64,000 nt of DNA, taken from contig OZ244042.1 of NCBI GenBank assembly GCA_965215015.1, forward strand, positions 4,640,001-4,704,000. Direction: 5' to 3'. The position numbers were made by a program, and so were the translations under genes. Shown here piece by piece: positions 1-10,606 of this stretch (the stretch's first letter is position 1; the number at the start of each line of letters is the position of its first letter). This DNA comes from Candidatus Poribacteria bacterium. GTDB taxonomy: Bacteria > Poribacteria > WGA-4E > PCPOR2b. The notes beneath the pieces are model-generated. The model ran no database searches, was not told the DNA's origin, and worked only from the letters and a program-made list of their open reading frames with translations.

Positions 1-2181
1 GCTCAGGAACTGTGGCAGCACCGTCTCAATGCCCGGCTCATTCGCCACAGTTTCGTTGTCAATACCGTGGATACGCATACTCGATTGCGGAATCCTCCCC
101 GTTGGTTTGACTAGTTGATAGTAACGTTCAAGCTCACTACCGATTGCGCTCAAGCGATTTGCACCGACTTCAATAATCTCCGCACTTTTAGGGTTATTGT
201 CTATCGTTTCGAGGTCGTAGACGATCATGTCCGCGCAGTTTGGTCTTTCAAAATTACTCAACAGTCGTTGGCACAGTTTTAACGCGGTAACACTGCGAGA
301 TTGGGTGAGTCGTGATTGATTGAGTTGGAGAACGTTTGCATCTGCGTTGACCGCGGATCCGATCAAGATTGTTGTATCTTCGCGTTCAAGCAGGTCTCCA
401 AAGTCTCCGATTAGGATGTTGACTCCACTTTCAACCGTTGTTGGGTTTAAAGGTGAACCGGGAGGTAGTAGATCTATATAAATGGAAAGGTCAAGGTACC
501 GCGCTAGGGTGTTCCTGATGATGTGGGCAGCACAGTAGGAATCAACCCCGTAGCTTGCCATCAGATAGATGGGGTCCTCGCGGTTAATTGCACTATACAG
601 GATATCTGTCGCAGCGCGGAGGCCGGGGATTTCCGGTTGATTCTCAATCTCGTGCACGTCTTCTGACTGGTAGGGGCTGCGTCTGTGTGCAAGGAGATTA
701 AAGAGTTTGTTGACAATTGTGTGGATCTTCTCCCCTTCGATCCCCTCATGAAAATTATCAAGCTGTTGGAAAAATTGCCGCACATTCCAACGGGTGAGGG
801 GACCTACATCATTCGGATAGTCCTCAATTTTTCTGAGCAATGCAATTAAGGTGATACCTTTCTGTTGTGCAAGCCACTTCAACCGGACCAACGTCAAGTC
901 GTCAATTAGCCGCTGTGGAAAATTGACTGCCATTTCAATATCGCGGGGAAGTTCCCACTGGATGGAGTTCAGGTAGGAGAGAATCCTTTGTGCGTGTTCC
1001 TCGTGAAAGGAGTTAACTCGCCCAATGCGCTGAAACCCGATACGCTCTTGGTGCAGCCAATCAACTAACGTCTCTGCTAATTGGTGGGTACGGTAGAAAA
1101 CCGCGATGTCACCGTATGAGCAGTATCGTCCCTCCACAAGTTTCCGAATCAACGTGATGATATGGTTTGCTTCTGCATCAGGGGTGTCTAGCGTGTAGTG
1201 ATAGAGGGTGTTTCCAGCGTCCTTATGCGTTTTCAGAACGCTCTCTTTCTGACGTGTGTTTTTGGCGATCACCGCCCCTGCGGCTCGCAGAATCTTCTCG
1301 CTGCACCGATAATGCTCCTCTAACTCAACCACTACTGGGTTGAAATCTTCTTTGAACTGTTCAATATATTGGGGACTGGAACCGCGCCAGCTATAGATGG
1401 ATTGATCCCCATCCGCGACGACCATCATGTTATGTTGAGGCGCGCGGGAAAGGAGTTTGAGCAAGGTATACTGTGCGGCGTTGATATCTTGGTATTCATC
1501 AACGAGGATGAAGCGGATGTCGTTGTGGTACTTTGCACGAACATCAGGCACCTGTTCAAGCACTTCGACTGACTTAGAGATTAGATCATCAAAGTCGAGC
1601 GCGTTATGAGAAGCGAGCTTTGTCTGATAGGCTTTGAGTAGGTCAGCAATATCTTGCACTTGCACTGGGTCGTCGATAACTGTTCCATCGCCTAGCCAAA
1701 TTTCATCTTGATCAGCGGTTGGATCTTCCAACCTCATCTTGTATGTGCCGATGATGTTACGCAGCATCCAAGGGGGATAGGCAATCCGATTTTGACGAAG
1801 TTCGCGTAGGCATTCGATCAACACTTCGTCCTGTGTCTCCTGACTGAAAATTACAAAGTTTACCCCTAAGCCAATCTGCTCCGCGTGTTCGCGGAGCAGA
1901 CGGACGCAAAAGGCGTGAAAGGTGTGGATACGGACTTCCAACCCTTGCGTTGTACCGAGCAGCTCTTTGATCCGATTAAGCATCTCCTGTGCGGCCTTGT
2001 TCGTGAAGGTAACAGCGAAAATCTGTTGAGGTGCTATTTGATGGTTTCGGATCAGATGTGCAATTCGGTGAGTGATGACCTTTGTTTTGCCGGTGCCAGG
2101 GCCCGCTACAACGAGCATGGCGCCATCAGTATGGGTTGCGGCTTCCTGTTGCTTCTCATTGAGTTCTTGTAGGAGTTCCAT
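1..2181 (-). CDS. UvrD/PcrA/Rep-family SF1 helicase with internal degenerate RecJ-like DHH domain and DnaQ/DEDDh exonuclease domain; 3' part runs off the window
   Basis: Manual translation from ATG 2181 (alternative in-frame ATG at 2205): MELLQELNEKQQEAATHTDGAMLVVAGPGTGKTKVITHRIAHL (Q motif and Walker A), AVTFTNKAA, STFHAF, ILVDEYQD, VADGDQSIYSWRG, LEEHYRC. Later in the same frame: MIVYDLETIDNNPKSAEIIEVGA...IHGIDNETVANEP. The frame is open to the window edge, so it is absent from the ORF track. Confidence 0.92.
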   Translation of the reverse strand, partial: MELLQELNEKQQEAATHTDGAMLVVAGPGTGKTKVITHRIAHLIRNHQIAPQQIFAVTFTNKAAQEMLNRIKELLGTTQGLEVRIHTFHAFCVRLLREHAEQIGLGVNFVIFSQETQDEVLIECLRELRQNRIAYPPWMLRNIIGTYKMRLEDPTADQDEIWLGDGTVIDDPVQVQDIADLLKAYQTKLASHNALDFDDLISKSVEVLEQVPDVRAKYHNDIRFILVDEYQDINAAQYTLLKLLSRAPQHNMMVVADGDQSIYSWRGSSPQYIEQFKEDFNPVVVELEEHYRCSEKILRAAGAVIAKNTRQKESVLKTHKDAGNTLYHYTLDTPDAEANHIITLIRKLVEGRYCSYGDIAVFYRTHQLAETLVDWLHQERIGFQRIGRVNSFHEEHAQRILSYLNSIQWELPRDIEMAVNFPQRLIDDLTLVRLKWLAQQKGITLIALLRKIEDYPNDVGPLTRWNVRQFFQQLDNFHEGIEGEKIHTIVNKLFNLLAHRRSPYQSEDVHEIENQPEIPGLRAATDILYSAINREDPIYLMASYGVDSYCAAHIIRNTLARYLDLSIYIDLLPPGSPLNPTTVESGVNILIGDFGDLLEREDTTILIGSAVNADANVLQLNQSRLTQSRSVTALKLCQRLLSNFERPNCADMIVYDLETIDNNPKSAEIIEVGANRLSAIGSELERYYQLVKPTGRIPQSSMRIHGIDNETVANEPGIETVLPQFLS

Positions 2182-2545
2182 AATCACTACCCCGCTTGGA
2201 TTCATTTTTGTTAATTGTATTTTAACATATCAACACAAACAAAGCAAGTAATATTCAGGCTCATACGAAAAGAAAGTATAAAACGCGAGAAGCGTGAAAG
2301 CCATTGATTCATTGGTTCACTAGTTCGTTGGTGCCCGCCCTGCGGAACTTCTAAAAAAAGCATGTGCAAAGCGTTAAGAGAAACTGAGTTTTTGGCAGTA
2401 AGGAACAACAATTCTCCGGTCTGTGACCGAAAATCCGAGAGTTGTTCCCTACAGTTTCTGTTGTACAATTTTTTAACATGAACCAATATCTGAAAGTGGG
2501 AGAGAGACGGCAAGAGCACAGTCATACGCCTCCTACTTAGTCCGA

Positions 2546-4495
2546 TTACCCCTCTGCTAATGCCTCAAGGGCGTTCAGGTGCCAGTCTGGGTCCTCCAGT
2601 GCCTCGTACACAACGCCACCCTCAATGTTTCGAGGCATGGGGAGACCCAACAGATGGCAGAGCGTCGGGGCGACATCAATTACCCGCACCTGCCGCTGAA
2701 GTGCCACGCCTTGACGGACGCCCGCACCGGACAAAATGAACGTCGAGTGCTGTCCACCGATGCCAAAGCTGACGGAGGGGAGTTGCTTGCCATGTGCGCC
2801 ATCAAACTCCGGGCGCAATGCGTAAACCACATCCCCTACAAGGTCACTGGTGAGGTTAACCATTTCGGCGTCTGCATGTGTCAGCGCGAGTGAGAACGGA
2901 TGTCCGCCGGTCTCAGAATCTTTATAGGCGTGAAGGGCGGCAATAATCTCACGCTGGGTAGCTTCATAGTCAGCAGGATCAACGATACCGTGAGGTTCAC
3001 GCCCTTTGAGATTGATAAAAACATGCACCAAGCCGACGTTGATGGCACGGGTCTTCGACCAATCTATCTCTCGTGTTCCTTCCTTGTAGACGATGAAGCC
3101 CGCTTCTGCAAGGACTTCGGCGATATCTACCGAACGAAATTGGTTGGGTGTCCCGCCGTGGTCCGAGCACACGAGGATAACTGTGTCATCGTCCGCGAGT
3201 TCCATCACGCGCCCGATCATCCGGTCAACCGAAGCGTAAGTGCGAATGACACCATCTCGGCAGCGTTGGATTGTTTCAGGGGATGCACCGCTTATCTCGT
3301 CCGCCTGACTCAAGAAGAAGTGACTTGTATAGTCTGGCGCGTGGGTTTCCATCATGAGGACATCCCACTCGCGTGTCTTGGTCAGATGCCCTGCGACATC
3401 GGCAAGCCGTTGATGGTGATATTCCAACGACTCAAAGTAGGTGTCATCATCTATTACACCCAAGGCATCCCGTCCGGGGTTTTGCAGAAAAGTACCGATT
3501 TCCTGATCAATCTCCTGTGCAATTTCGTCGGGAACGGTATAACCTTCCCGGGGCCAAATCTGCGGGACGAATAGTTCAAACGCATCAGCATTTGGGGTGA
3601 GTGTAATCAGTTTCATGCGGACATACCCGTCAACATCAGCCCCATCAATCTCGAAAGTATCCAGCCAAAAATCGCTCCAGTCTCCCACACTAAGCTCCGT
3701 AACGGTATCAGTCCCAGATCGACTGCGGCATATCCGCACGCGATCGTAGCCGTTCTCACCGGTGGCGTAGATCAGTCCGAAGAAGGGCTTGGGAGTGCCA
3801 TGTTTACCACGGTTCATATCTTGCCGACCTCGCGTGAGCGGCTGGATTGTCAATTCAACTTCGCGCGGCGGTTGTGTCGAATCGGGTAGATCCCCCCACC
3901 CTTTCTCATCAATTGATTCCACTGTGACCGGATCGACTTCGCTAACTGTTTGTAATCCGCTTGGATCCAATGTCTCCGGATCTCGTTCTCCACCAATTGG
4001 GCGAGGTGTCCATTTTCCACTAACGAAGAGGTGATAGCCTGCAACCTGATGGTGGTTCGATACGCCTGGTCCCGTGCCTTCCACTTGGATGCCTGTGGTT
4101 ACGGTTGGAGGCCAAGACATCTCCCACTTGACAAGGATCGGTTTTCGGCCAGCGCGCTCCACCAGATTCCAGAGGTATTCGGATTGACACAGTCTCGTGT
4201 TGATACCCCAAACGGTTTGATCTAGCCGCTCCCCCAAAGCACGGATATTGAAATCCATTACCCGGTGGGTGCCGGGCCATGAACCGGTACTGAGTGCTGT
4301 CCATCCCGGTGGAGTCAGGGTTGGAAAAACGCCAATCATGGGTCGAAAAACCCCTTGTTCTAGCAGCCTCCCCATGTTTGGGGCGTGCCCCCAATCGATC
4401 ACATTTTTGACCAGTTCCATGCTGGCACCGTCCATGCCAATTACAATCGCACGTTTCGCTGGAGACAGACTTGATACATTAGAATTTGTACGCAT
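2546..4495 (-). CDS. Alkaline phosphatase superfamily / type I phosphodiesterase-nucleotide pyrophosphatase
   Basis: IVIGMDGAS, PTLTPPGWTALSTG (Thr nucleophile), CSDHGG and DVAPTL motifs. Confidence 0.85.
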   Translation of the reverse strand: MRTNSNVSSLSPAKRAIVIGMDGASMELVKNVIDWGHAPNMGRLLEQGVFRPMIGVFPTLTPPGWTALSTGSWPGTHRVMDFNIRALGERLDQTVWGINTRLCQSEYLWNLVERAGRKPILVKWEMSWPPTVTTGIQVEGTGPGVSNHHQVAGYHLFVSGKWTPRPIGGERDPETLDPSGLQTVSEVDPVTVESIDEKGWGDLPDSTQPPREVELTIQPLTRGRQDMNRGKHGTPKPFFGLIYATGENGYDRVRICRSRSGTDTVTELSVGDWSDFWLDTFEIDGADVDGYVRMKLITLTPNADAFELFVPQIWPREGYTVPDEIAQEIDQEIGTFLQNPGRDALGVIDDDTYFESLEYHHQRLADVAGHLTKTREWDVLMMETHAPDYTSHFFLSQADEISGASPETIQRCRDGVIRTYASVDRMIGRVMELADDDTVILVCSDHGGTPNQFRSVDIAEVLAEAGFIVYKEGTREIDWSKTRAINVGLVHVFINLKGREPHGIVDPADYEATQREIIAALHAYKDSETGGHPFSLALTHADAEMVNLTSDLVGDVVYALRPEFDGAHGKQLPSVSFGIGGQHSTFILSGAGVRQGVALQRQVRVIDVAPTLCHLLGLPMPRNIEGGVVYEALEDPDWHLNALEALAEG

Positions 4496-4781
4496 TACAA
4501 GTTCCTTCCTTCTGAGATTTTCGGATTCCTTAAGTGGTTTAAATTGATTTTATCACAGCTCCATTAATCCGTCAATCACTAGAGGGATACAATTTGAGAT
4601 TTACCACTTGTCAAGAACAGGGCAGATCGAGTATATTATCATAATGCAATTCTTAATCGGAATGTTGCTGTAATTTGCGTCTCTAAATCTATGCTTTCAC
4701 AATTGTATGGATTGATTCAAAATCAAGTGATATAATGTGTTTCACTCAAGTTTACGAATTAACCAACCACGGAGAAAATCG

Positions 4782-5759
4782 ATGAATGTAGTTCCAGAAG
4801 AATTTATCCGCGTTATGCCAGATGCACTCCGAGGCTTCATCAGTGAAGCTTTCCAGAAGGCAGGAACTTCGGAAGAGGACGCTGTGCACATGGCACACCT
4901 GCTTGTTCTTACCGATCTGCGCGGTGTGTTCAGTCATGGGACGCGCCAGACGCCGGGATATGTGGACATGATGCTTGATGGCAAAGTGAATCCACGCCCA
5001 ACTGTCCGCTGCATTGATGAATCCCCGACGACAGCGGTCTACGATGGTGACGGTGGCATGGGGCATTTCGCCTCGTATCACGCTGCGAAGGCAGCGGTCA
5101 AAAAAGCCAAAGAGATGGGGCTAGGTGCCGCAACGAGTCGCAATCACTTCCACTTTGGGAGTGCTGGCAAGTATTCACGGCTTGCGCTTGAAGTGGATTG
5201 TGCCGGGTTTGCGGTCTCTTGCCACCGTTTTAGGCACAGCCCTGACGGTGTGATTGCCACGGCAACGGGAGCTTCACCGATGAGTTTCGCGATTCCAGCG
5301 GGTAACCAGCCCCCCATAGTCGCTGATATGGCAACCGGCATTGATGCCAAGCTGCCGTTCAAACAAGCGTTTGAACAGAGTCCCGCTGCCTTCTTCAAGA
5401 TGTTGGGTTTGAGTCATGTGAGTCATGCGCTCGGTGGATTTATGGCAGGCATCTGGCTATTCGATAAGCCGCCAGATCCCCCGACAATCTGGGAAGGTGC
5501 CAATCAAGGTGCTTTCATCGCAGCAATTGACATTTCCCGGTTCCGACCGACTGACGAGTTCAAGGGGGAGATTGACCAACATATCTGCGATGCCCGCCAG
5601 ATGCAACCGGCCCCAGGTTATGACCGATCGGATCTGCCCGGCGGCTTAGAATGGGAGCGCGAACGGGAGTGGGCCGAAGTTGGTATCCCGGTTGGCAAAG
5701 AACATCAGGAACAGTTGAAAATAGTTGCTGAACGGGTTGGCATTCCGCTTCCATTCTAA
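4782..5759 (+). CDS. Ldh_2 family (malate/L-lactate/L-sulfolactate-type) oxidoreductase
   Basis: DLRGVFSHG, DGDGGMG, SRNHFHFGSAG and LPGGLE motifs; GGAGAA RBS before ATG 4782. Confidence 0.85.
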   Translation: MNVVPEEFIRVMPDALRGFISEAFQKAGTSEEDAVHMAHLLVLTDLRGVFSHGTRQTPGYVDMMLDGKVNPRPTVRCIDESPTTAVYDGDGGMGHFASYHAAKAAVKKAKEMGLGAATSRNHFHFGSAGKYSRLALEVDCAGFAVSCHRFRHSPDGVIATATGASPMSFAIPAGNQPPIVADMATGIDAKLPFKQAFEQSPAAFFKMLGLSHVSHALGGFMAGIWLFDKPPDPPTIWEGANQGAFIAAIDISRFRPTDEFKGEIDQHICDARQMQPAPGYDRSDLPGGLEWEREREWAEVGIPVGKEHQEQLKIVAERVGIPLPF

Positions 5760-5859
5760 ATATTCACCAATTTTATTAATCTTATTCAAATTTAGTGGGG
5801 GTCATCCTGATAAACTGGGATTTACATATACTCCCCCAAACAGCAAAAGGAGCATTCAA

Positions 5860-6591
5860 ATGTCTCAGATTAAATCCGTTCTATTGTGGGAGAATCCACG
5901 ACGATATATCCGCGAAGCTATTGATGAAGGAACGCTTAGGGGCGCGATTATTCCAACAGGCAGCACCGAACAACACAACGAACATCTGGCAATGATTCAT
6001 GATACCGCAAGTGCAGTGCATGTCTCAAAGTTGGCTGCACAGAAATTGTTTCCTGAAGTGATTGTGACGACGCCGCTGGCGATTGGTGTGTCAGAGCACT
6101 GGATGGATCACAAGGGAACCCTGACACTTCGCGCCGAAGTATTCGGGCAAGTCCTGTATGATGTAGCGGATAGCATGCGTCGTCATGGGATTACAAATAT
6201 ACTGATTATCAACGGACATGCCGGCAACGCTGGGCCCGTAAATGAACGACTGGATGGCTACCGCGAACAACTCGGCATCAACATTGATTTCCACTCGTAC
6301 TGGGAGGCGTATTCCCCTGAGTTTGTCCAAGAGCAGATGGAGACGGGCAGATGCCCCGGTCATGCTGCAGAGTTTGAAACGGCGTTTGCGTGGGCGGCCT
6401 TTCCAGAAAATGTTGATTGGGATGGCGTGGATTATGACAGTGCCAAGCTAACCATTTCCAACCCGCAACAGGCTGAAGCTGATCGGATGTATCATCATGA
6501 CGCGAAGCTGGCGACTGCCGAAAAGGGGCAAGCGATGATCGATGTCGCTGTCGATTGGGTTGCCGGAAGGATGCAGGAGATGATGGGATAG
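5860..6591 (+). CDS. Creatininase family amidohydrolase
   Basis: PTGSTEQHNEHL..HD, GVSEHW, INGHAGN and GHAAEFET; AGGAG RBS before ATG 5860. Confidence 0.85.
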   Translation: MSQIKSVLLWENPRRYIREAIDEGTLRGAIIPTGSTEQHNEHLAMIHDTASAVHVSKLAAQKLFPEVIVTTPLAIGVSEHWMDHKGTLTLRAEVFGQVLYDVADSMRRHGITNILIINGHAGNAGPVNERLDGYREQLGINIDFHSYWEAYSPEFVQEQMETGRCPGHAAEFETAFAWAAFPENVDWDGVDYDSAKLTISNPQQAEADRMYHHDAKLATAEKGQAMIDVAVDWVAGRMQEMMG

Positions 6592-6648
6592 CCTTCAGCC
6601 TTGCGAGGGTTTAATACCTTCGTAAGGCTTAGCCGCTGAGGTAAAATT

Positions 6649-7650
6649 ATGAAAACCAAAATTCTGGGCAGAACCGGACTGGAAGTTCCGATTGTGGGTT
6701 TGGGGGCTGCGTTTATCGGGATCCCCACCCCCAATCAAGCCGCTGAGGAATACCCTGAAGATCCCAACAACCTTCGAGGGGATGAATTCCTTACCAGCTA
6801 CATGGAAGAAGCACTCGGTGTACAAACCATCCATGCTGCTATTGAGGCTGGCAGTACACTCATCGACACTGCCCCCCTTTACGGTGGCACCCGAAGCGAG
6901 ACAACAATTGGTCGTGCGCTGAAGGCACGCCCAGATTTGGCTGCCAAATGTACCGTTACTACCAAGGTCGGACAAATCACGATGGATGCGCGGGACTACA
7001 GTTTTGATGCAATCCGGCGTGATGTGGAAGCGAGCCAACAACGTCTGGGTATCGAACAATTTGACGTTCTCTACATTCACGATCCCATGGATATCCCGGT
7101 GGAACAGGTGATGGGCCAGGATGGTGCGTTGGGAGCATTACGTAGACTCCAGAAAGAGGGAGTTGTTCAATTTGTCGGAGTTGCGGCTAATGACCCTCAG
7201 ACGAATACGCCCTACATCGAAACTGGGGAATTTGACGCTGCTATAGTTCCAGAGGCTTGGAGCCTCCTGAATCAGCTGGCGGCGGAACGCATTCTGCCTG
7301 CTGCGGAAAGGGATAATGTAGGACTTGTCATCGCGACGCCACTTGAACGAGGCTTGCTTGCAACGGGTCCAGTAGCGGATATCAACTATCTGGCCCGGAA
7401 CTTCAGTCAGGACTGCCTAGACCACGTTTCCAAAATCCAGAATCTCTGCCAAGACTACAACATTCCGATGGTGGCTGCTGCCCTGCAATGGTGCACCCGT
7501 CATCCACAAGTCGCCTCCACGATTCCGGGGGCTCGCACCCCCGAAGAAGCCGCTGAGAACGCACGGTCAGGGACGGTTGAAATTCCTGAGACCTTCTGGG
7601 CAGATTTGGGACCCCTCGTCCGACATTTTGAGATTGGCGTTGACCGTTAA
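6649..7650 (+). CDS. Aldo/keto reductase
   Basis: LGRTGLEV, DTAPLYG, VTTKVG, LYIHDP and TIPGART. Confidence 0.9.
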   Translation: MKTKILGRTGLEVPIVGLGAAFIGIPTPNQAAEEYPEDPNNLRGDEFLTSYMEEALGVQTIHAAIEAGSTLIDTAPLYGGTRSETTIGRALKARPDLAAKCTVTTKVGQITMDARDYSFDAIRRDVEASQQRLGIEQFDVLYIHDPMDIPVEQVMGQDGALGALRRLQKEGVVQFVGVAANDPQTNTPYIETGEFDAAIVPEAWSLLNQLAAERILPAAERDNVGLVIATPLERGLLATGPVADINYLARNFSQDCLDHVSKIQNLCQDYNIPMVAAALQWCTRHPQVASTIPGARTPEEAAENARSGTVEIPETFWADLGPLVRHFEIGVDR

Positions 7651-7971
7651 TTAAGTAGGACTCACGCCCTTCAGTTTTATACAACAGATACGGACGCAGA
7701 TTTCGCTGATTTTCGCAGGTAAAAAACGATACTAAAAAAGTTACGTTTTCCACACGAAAATGAGGTAATTGCTACTATCTCAGAATTGAGCTTTTTGTTG
7801 TAGACTTTCAACTGCATTTCAAGTAATTACAAACAATTACATTAGGCATACGCCGTATGCTGTCCCCCCCCTAACCCCGCAAGCAGGGGGATGGTACGCG
7901 GAGCGTGCCTGTTACTTTGGGATGATTCGAGGGTTCAACTGCGTAGGTCCCACGTCCTTAGGAAAAATTTG

Positions 7972-8397
7972 ATGAAACAGATGTTAATGATGATGGCTGC
8001 CGGCTTAATCGTCGTTCTGATGGGTCTTGGTTGTAGTTCGACAAATCAGCTTGCTACGGAAATTATATACGACGCGAAAGTGCAGGTAGAAGCAGCCAAA
8101 GCAGCGAACGCTCAAAACCTTGCAACTCAAGAATTGACAGATGCAGAACAGATGCTTACTCGATCAGAAAAGGCATTGAGTACTGGAAAAGAGAAAGAAG
8201 CATATCGGCTAGGAATGCGCGCCCACTTGAAGGCTAAAGTTGCGAGAACCGTTGCTGTTGCCAATCAGGTGGAGGCGGGAGCTAGCAGTTCAGAAAGTAC
8301 ATTGGAGTTGAAAGTACGGGCTGTAGAAGCCGCACATCGAGACCTTGAACAGGCGGAGAAGGAGTTAGAAGAGTTGCAATCAACGCCTGAAGAATAG
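7972..8397 (+). CDS. DUF4398-like lipoprotein
   Basis: Lipobox LMGLGC followed by Ala-rich helical DUF4398-like pattern (AKAANAQNLATQELTDAEQML); lies upstream of an OmpA-domain gene. Confidence 0.7.
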   Translation: MKQMLMMMAAGLIVVLMGLGCSSTNQLATEIIYDAKVQVEAAKAANAQNLATQELTDAEQMLTRSEKALSTGKEKEAYRLGMRAHLKAKVARTVAVANQVEAGASSSESTLELKVRAVEAAHRDLEQAEKELEELQSTPEE

Positions 8398-8474
8398 ATT
8401 TCTTAAACTAAAGAAACAATTGATTTATACTTAAAAAGGGAATAGCTCTTAACGGTAGTCATTGGAGGAATGGA

Positions 8475-10214
8475 TTGAATCAATTCATGCGATATGCAGG
8501 GCGAAATTTACAATACACAACTTATTTGCGACACGTAGCTTTTTACGCATTCATGGTATTCGGATTTGTGAGTTGTGCCGGAACAGTGGATCCGATTTTG
8601 CTCGAATCAAGCCTGAATGACACGCAGAATGCTATCTCCGACGCGCGGCGGTTAGGGGCGGAAGGATATGCTGCTGAAACATTCAACAAGGCGACACGGC
8701 TATTTGAAGAGGCACAACAAGCCCAGCGTAACGGTGATGGAGTTCAGAGCACAGAATTGGCGTTTCGGGCGGCAATGGAGTCTAAAATCGCAGGTGCACA
8801 GGCTCGTCAACGAATCGCTCAAAACCGAATTGACGAAGCGCACGCTGAAGGACTGAGGGCTGTGATTCAGGAGATGGAGTATAAGACCCAAACGGCACAA
8901 GTTCGGCGGTTAATTGCAGAAGAAAAGACGAAGCGAGCTTTGGCTAGAGCCCTCCGAGCGGAGCAGCGAGCGGCGGCTGCACAAGCGGAATCAGCACAGG
9001 CAAGAAAAGATGCCCAAAATGCTCGGCTCCGATCGCAGATACAAGTTGTTATCGATAAGGTACAACTCATACTGGAGGATGCCAAAGAGACAGGGGTGCT
9101 CACTTACGGCTCAGACAACTACCAAGCAGCGAAGGACCTGATTGTCCAAGCACGTTCTACCCTCGCACAGGACAAGTTTGATGAAGCGGAATCACTTGCC
9201 ACACAAGCCGAGAGCTATGCAAATAAAGCGAGGATTGCAGCCGTTGCTGGAGCGAGTGCCGCTGCTAGTAAATCACAGGCAGCAAAACTGGAAGCACACA
9301 CAAATGCAAAGGTGGCGATCGCCCGCGCACAGTTTGAGATTGATCGGGCAGAGCAGGTCAATGCGTTTGAGCATGCGGCGGGCCTCTTTCAACGCGCTGT
9401 CACCAGCTTTGAAGGGGCGAATATGGCTCTGACAAGAGAGCGGTATGATCAGGCATTGCGGCTCGCCGCACAGGCTGAAAGTAGTGCACATGATGCCTTC
9501 ACTACCGCTGAACCGATTGAACGGGAACGTTTGGCAAAGGAAGCCTTGGAGGAGCAAATCGCTCAAGCCAAAGACGTAGTTTTCCGGGTGGAAGAAACCT
9601 TGAACCGAGAAACACCGGCAGCGACAACGCTCAGCCCTCTACACTACGAACAGGCGAAAACGCTGCTCGCAGAGGCCAAACAGGCACTTGCGAATGGAGA
9701 CTACGCTCACACCATCACAGTTGGTCAGCAGAGCTATGACGACTTGATGGCCGCAATTGAAAAGGGAAAAGAGATTGAGGCAGTTGAGGCCCGGATTCTT
9801 GATGCCGCCGCAGCAATTCCTGACGCAGAAACGGATCGAACCGAGAAGGGTGCACTCATCCGATTCAGTGGAAACCTTTTCAAACAAGGAAGTTCGGAAA
9901 TCAATCCCCAATTCTTTCCCAAGATTCGTCAACTTGCTGAGGTTATTAAAACGTTTGTCGACTATAAAGTGCAAATCGAAGGGCATAGCGACAGCAGTGG
10001 GGGAACGGGGGTAAATCTGAGGTTGACGCAGAAGCGTGCTGATGCGTTCATGAAATACCTCACTGAAAAGTGCGGTGTACCGCTGGAACGGATGACCGCT
10101 ATCGGTTTAGGTGAAGCTCATCCTATTGCGGATAACAATTTTAAGGTGGGCAGAGATAAAAATCGGCGGATTGATACAATCCTTCTGACGAGGGAGCTAG
10201 AAATTTACGAATGA
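8475..10214 (+). CDS. Lipoprotein with several DUF4398-like helical repeats and C-terminal OmpA-like peptidoglycan-binding domain
   Basis: Lipobox FVSC; repeated Ala-rich helical units; C-terminal LFKQGSS, IEGHSDS, LTQKRA, GLGEAHPIADN and NRRID. The start may be ATG 8487. Confidence 0.85.
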   Translation: MNQFMRYAGRNLQYTTYLRHVAFYAFMVFGFVSCAGTVDPILLESSLNDTQNAISDARRLGAEGYAAETFNKATRLFEEAQQAQRNGDGVQSTELAFRAAMESKIAGAQARQRIAQNRIDEAHAEGLRAVIQEMEYKTQTAQVRRLIAEEKTKRALARALRAEQRAAAAQAESAQARKDAQNARLRSQIQVVIDKVQLILEDAKETGVLTYGSDNYQAAKDLIVQARSTLAQDKFDEAESLATQAESYANKARIAAVAGASAAASKSQAAKLEAHTNAKVAIARAQFEIDRAEQVNAFEHAAGLFQRAVTSFEGANMALTRERYDQALRLAAQAESSAHDAFTTAEPIERERLAKEALEEQIAQAKDVVFRVEETLNRETPAATTLSPLHYEQAKTLLAEAKQALANGDYAHTITVGQQSYDDLMAAIEKGKEIEAVEARILDAAAAIPDAETDRTEKGALIRFSGNLFKQGSSEINPQFFPKIRQLAEVIKTFVDYKVQIEGHSDSSGGTGVNLRLTQKRADAFMKYLTEKCGVPLERMTAIGLGEAHPIADNNFKVGRDKNRRIDTILLTRELEIYE

Positions 10215-10260
10215 GGGATATTTGCCAAATTTGTAGGTTTCCACGGAGGCTTGGAGACGC

Positions 10261-10560
10261 GTGCCAGATCGAGATACATTTCAAAAAATCGAACCGTTCA
10301 TCGTCCACCAAATTGCACAAAGTTTGTTTGGAGATCGGTATATCATTATTTACGATAATACGATTCAGTTTCACAGTCATTGCTATCATGTCAAGCGGAT
10401 TGAGGACACAACGCACCTATACACCGGATACTACTATCTCATGGACGCAAATACGCAATTGGCGATGCAGACTGATGAGGATTTCGCCGCGCCGGGAAGC
10501 TACGGGGCAATCTTCGATTCGGCCACAGGAGAAATTGTTGGTTATGATGGGGAGGGATAA
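10261..10560 (+). CDS. Hypothetical protein
   Basis: 99-aa ORF, GTG start preceded by GGAG, protein-like composition. Confidence 0.55.
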   Translation: MPDRDTFQKIEPFIVHQIAQSLFGDRYIIIYDNTIQFHSHCYHVKRIEDTTHLYTGYYYLMDANTQLAMQTDEDFAAPGSYGAIFDSATGEIVGYDGEG

Positions 10561-10606
10561 CACAGCAAGCTTGACTTCGTGAGTTTCGGCGAAGATCAAC
10601 TTTTAG

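Noticed and set aside
1369-2172. Plus-strand ORFs 1369-1572 and 1885-2172, and similar antisense ORFs across the window
   Set aside because: They are shadows of well-supported genes on the opposite strand
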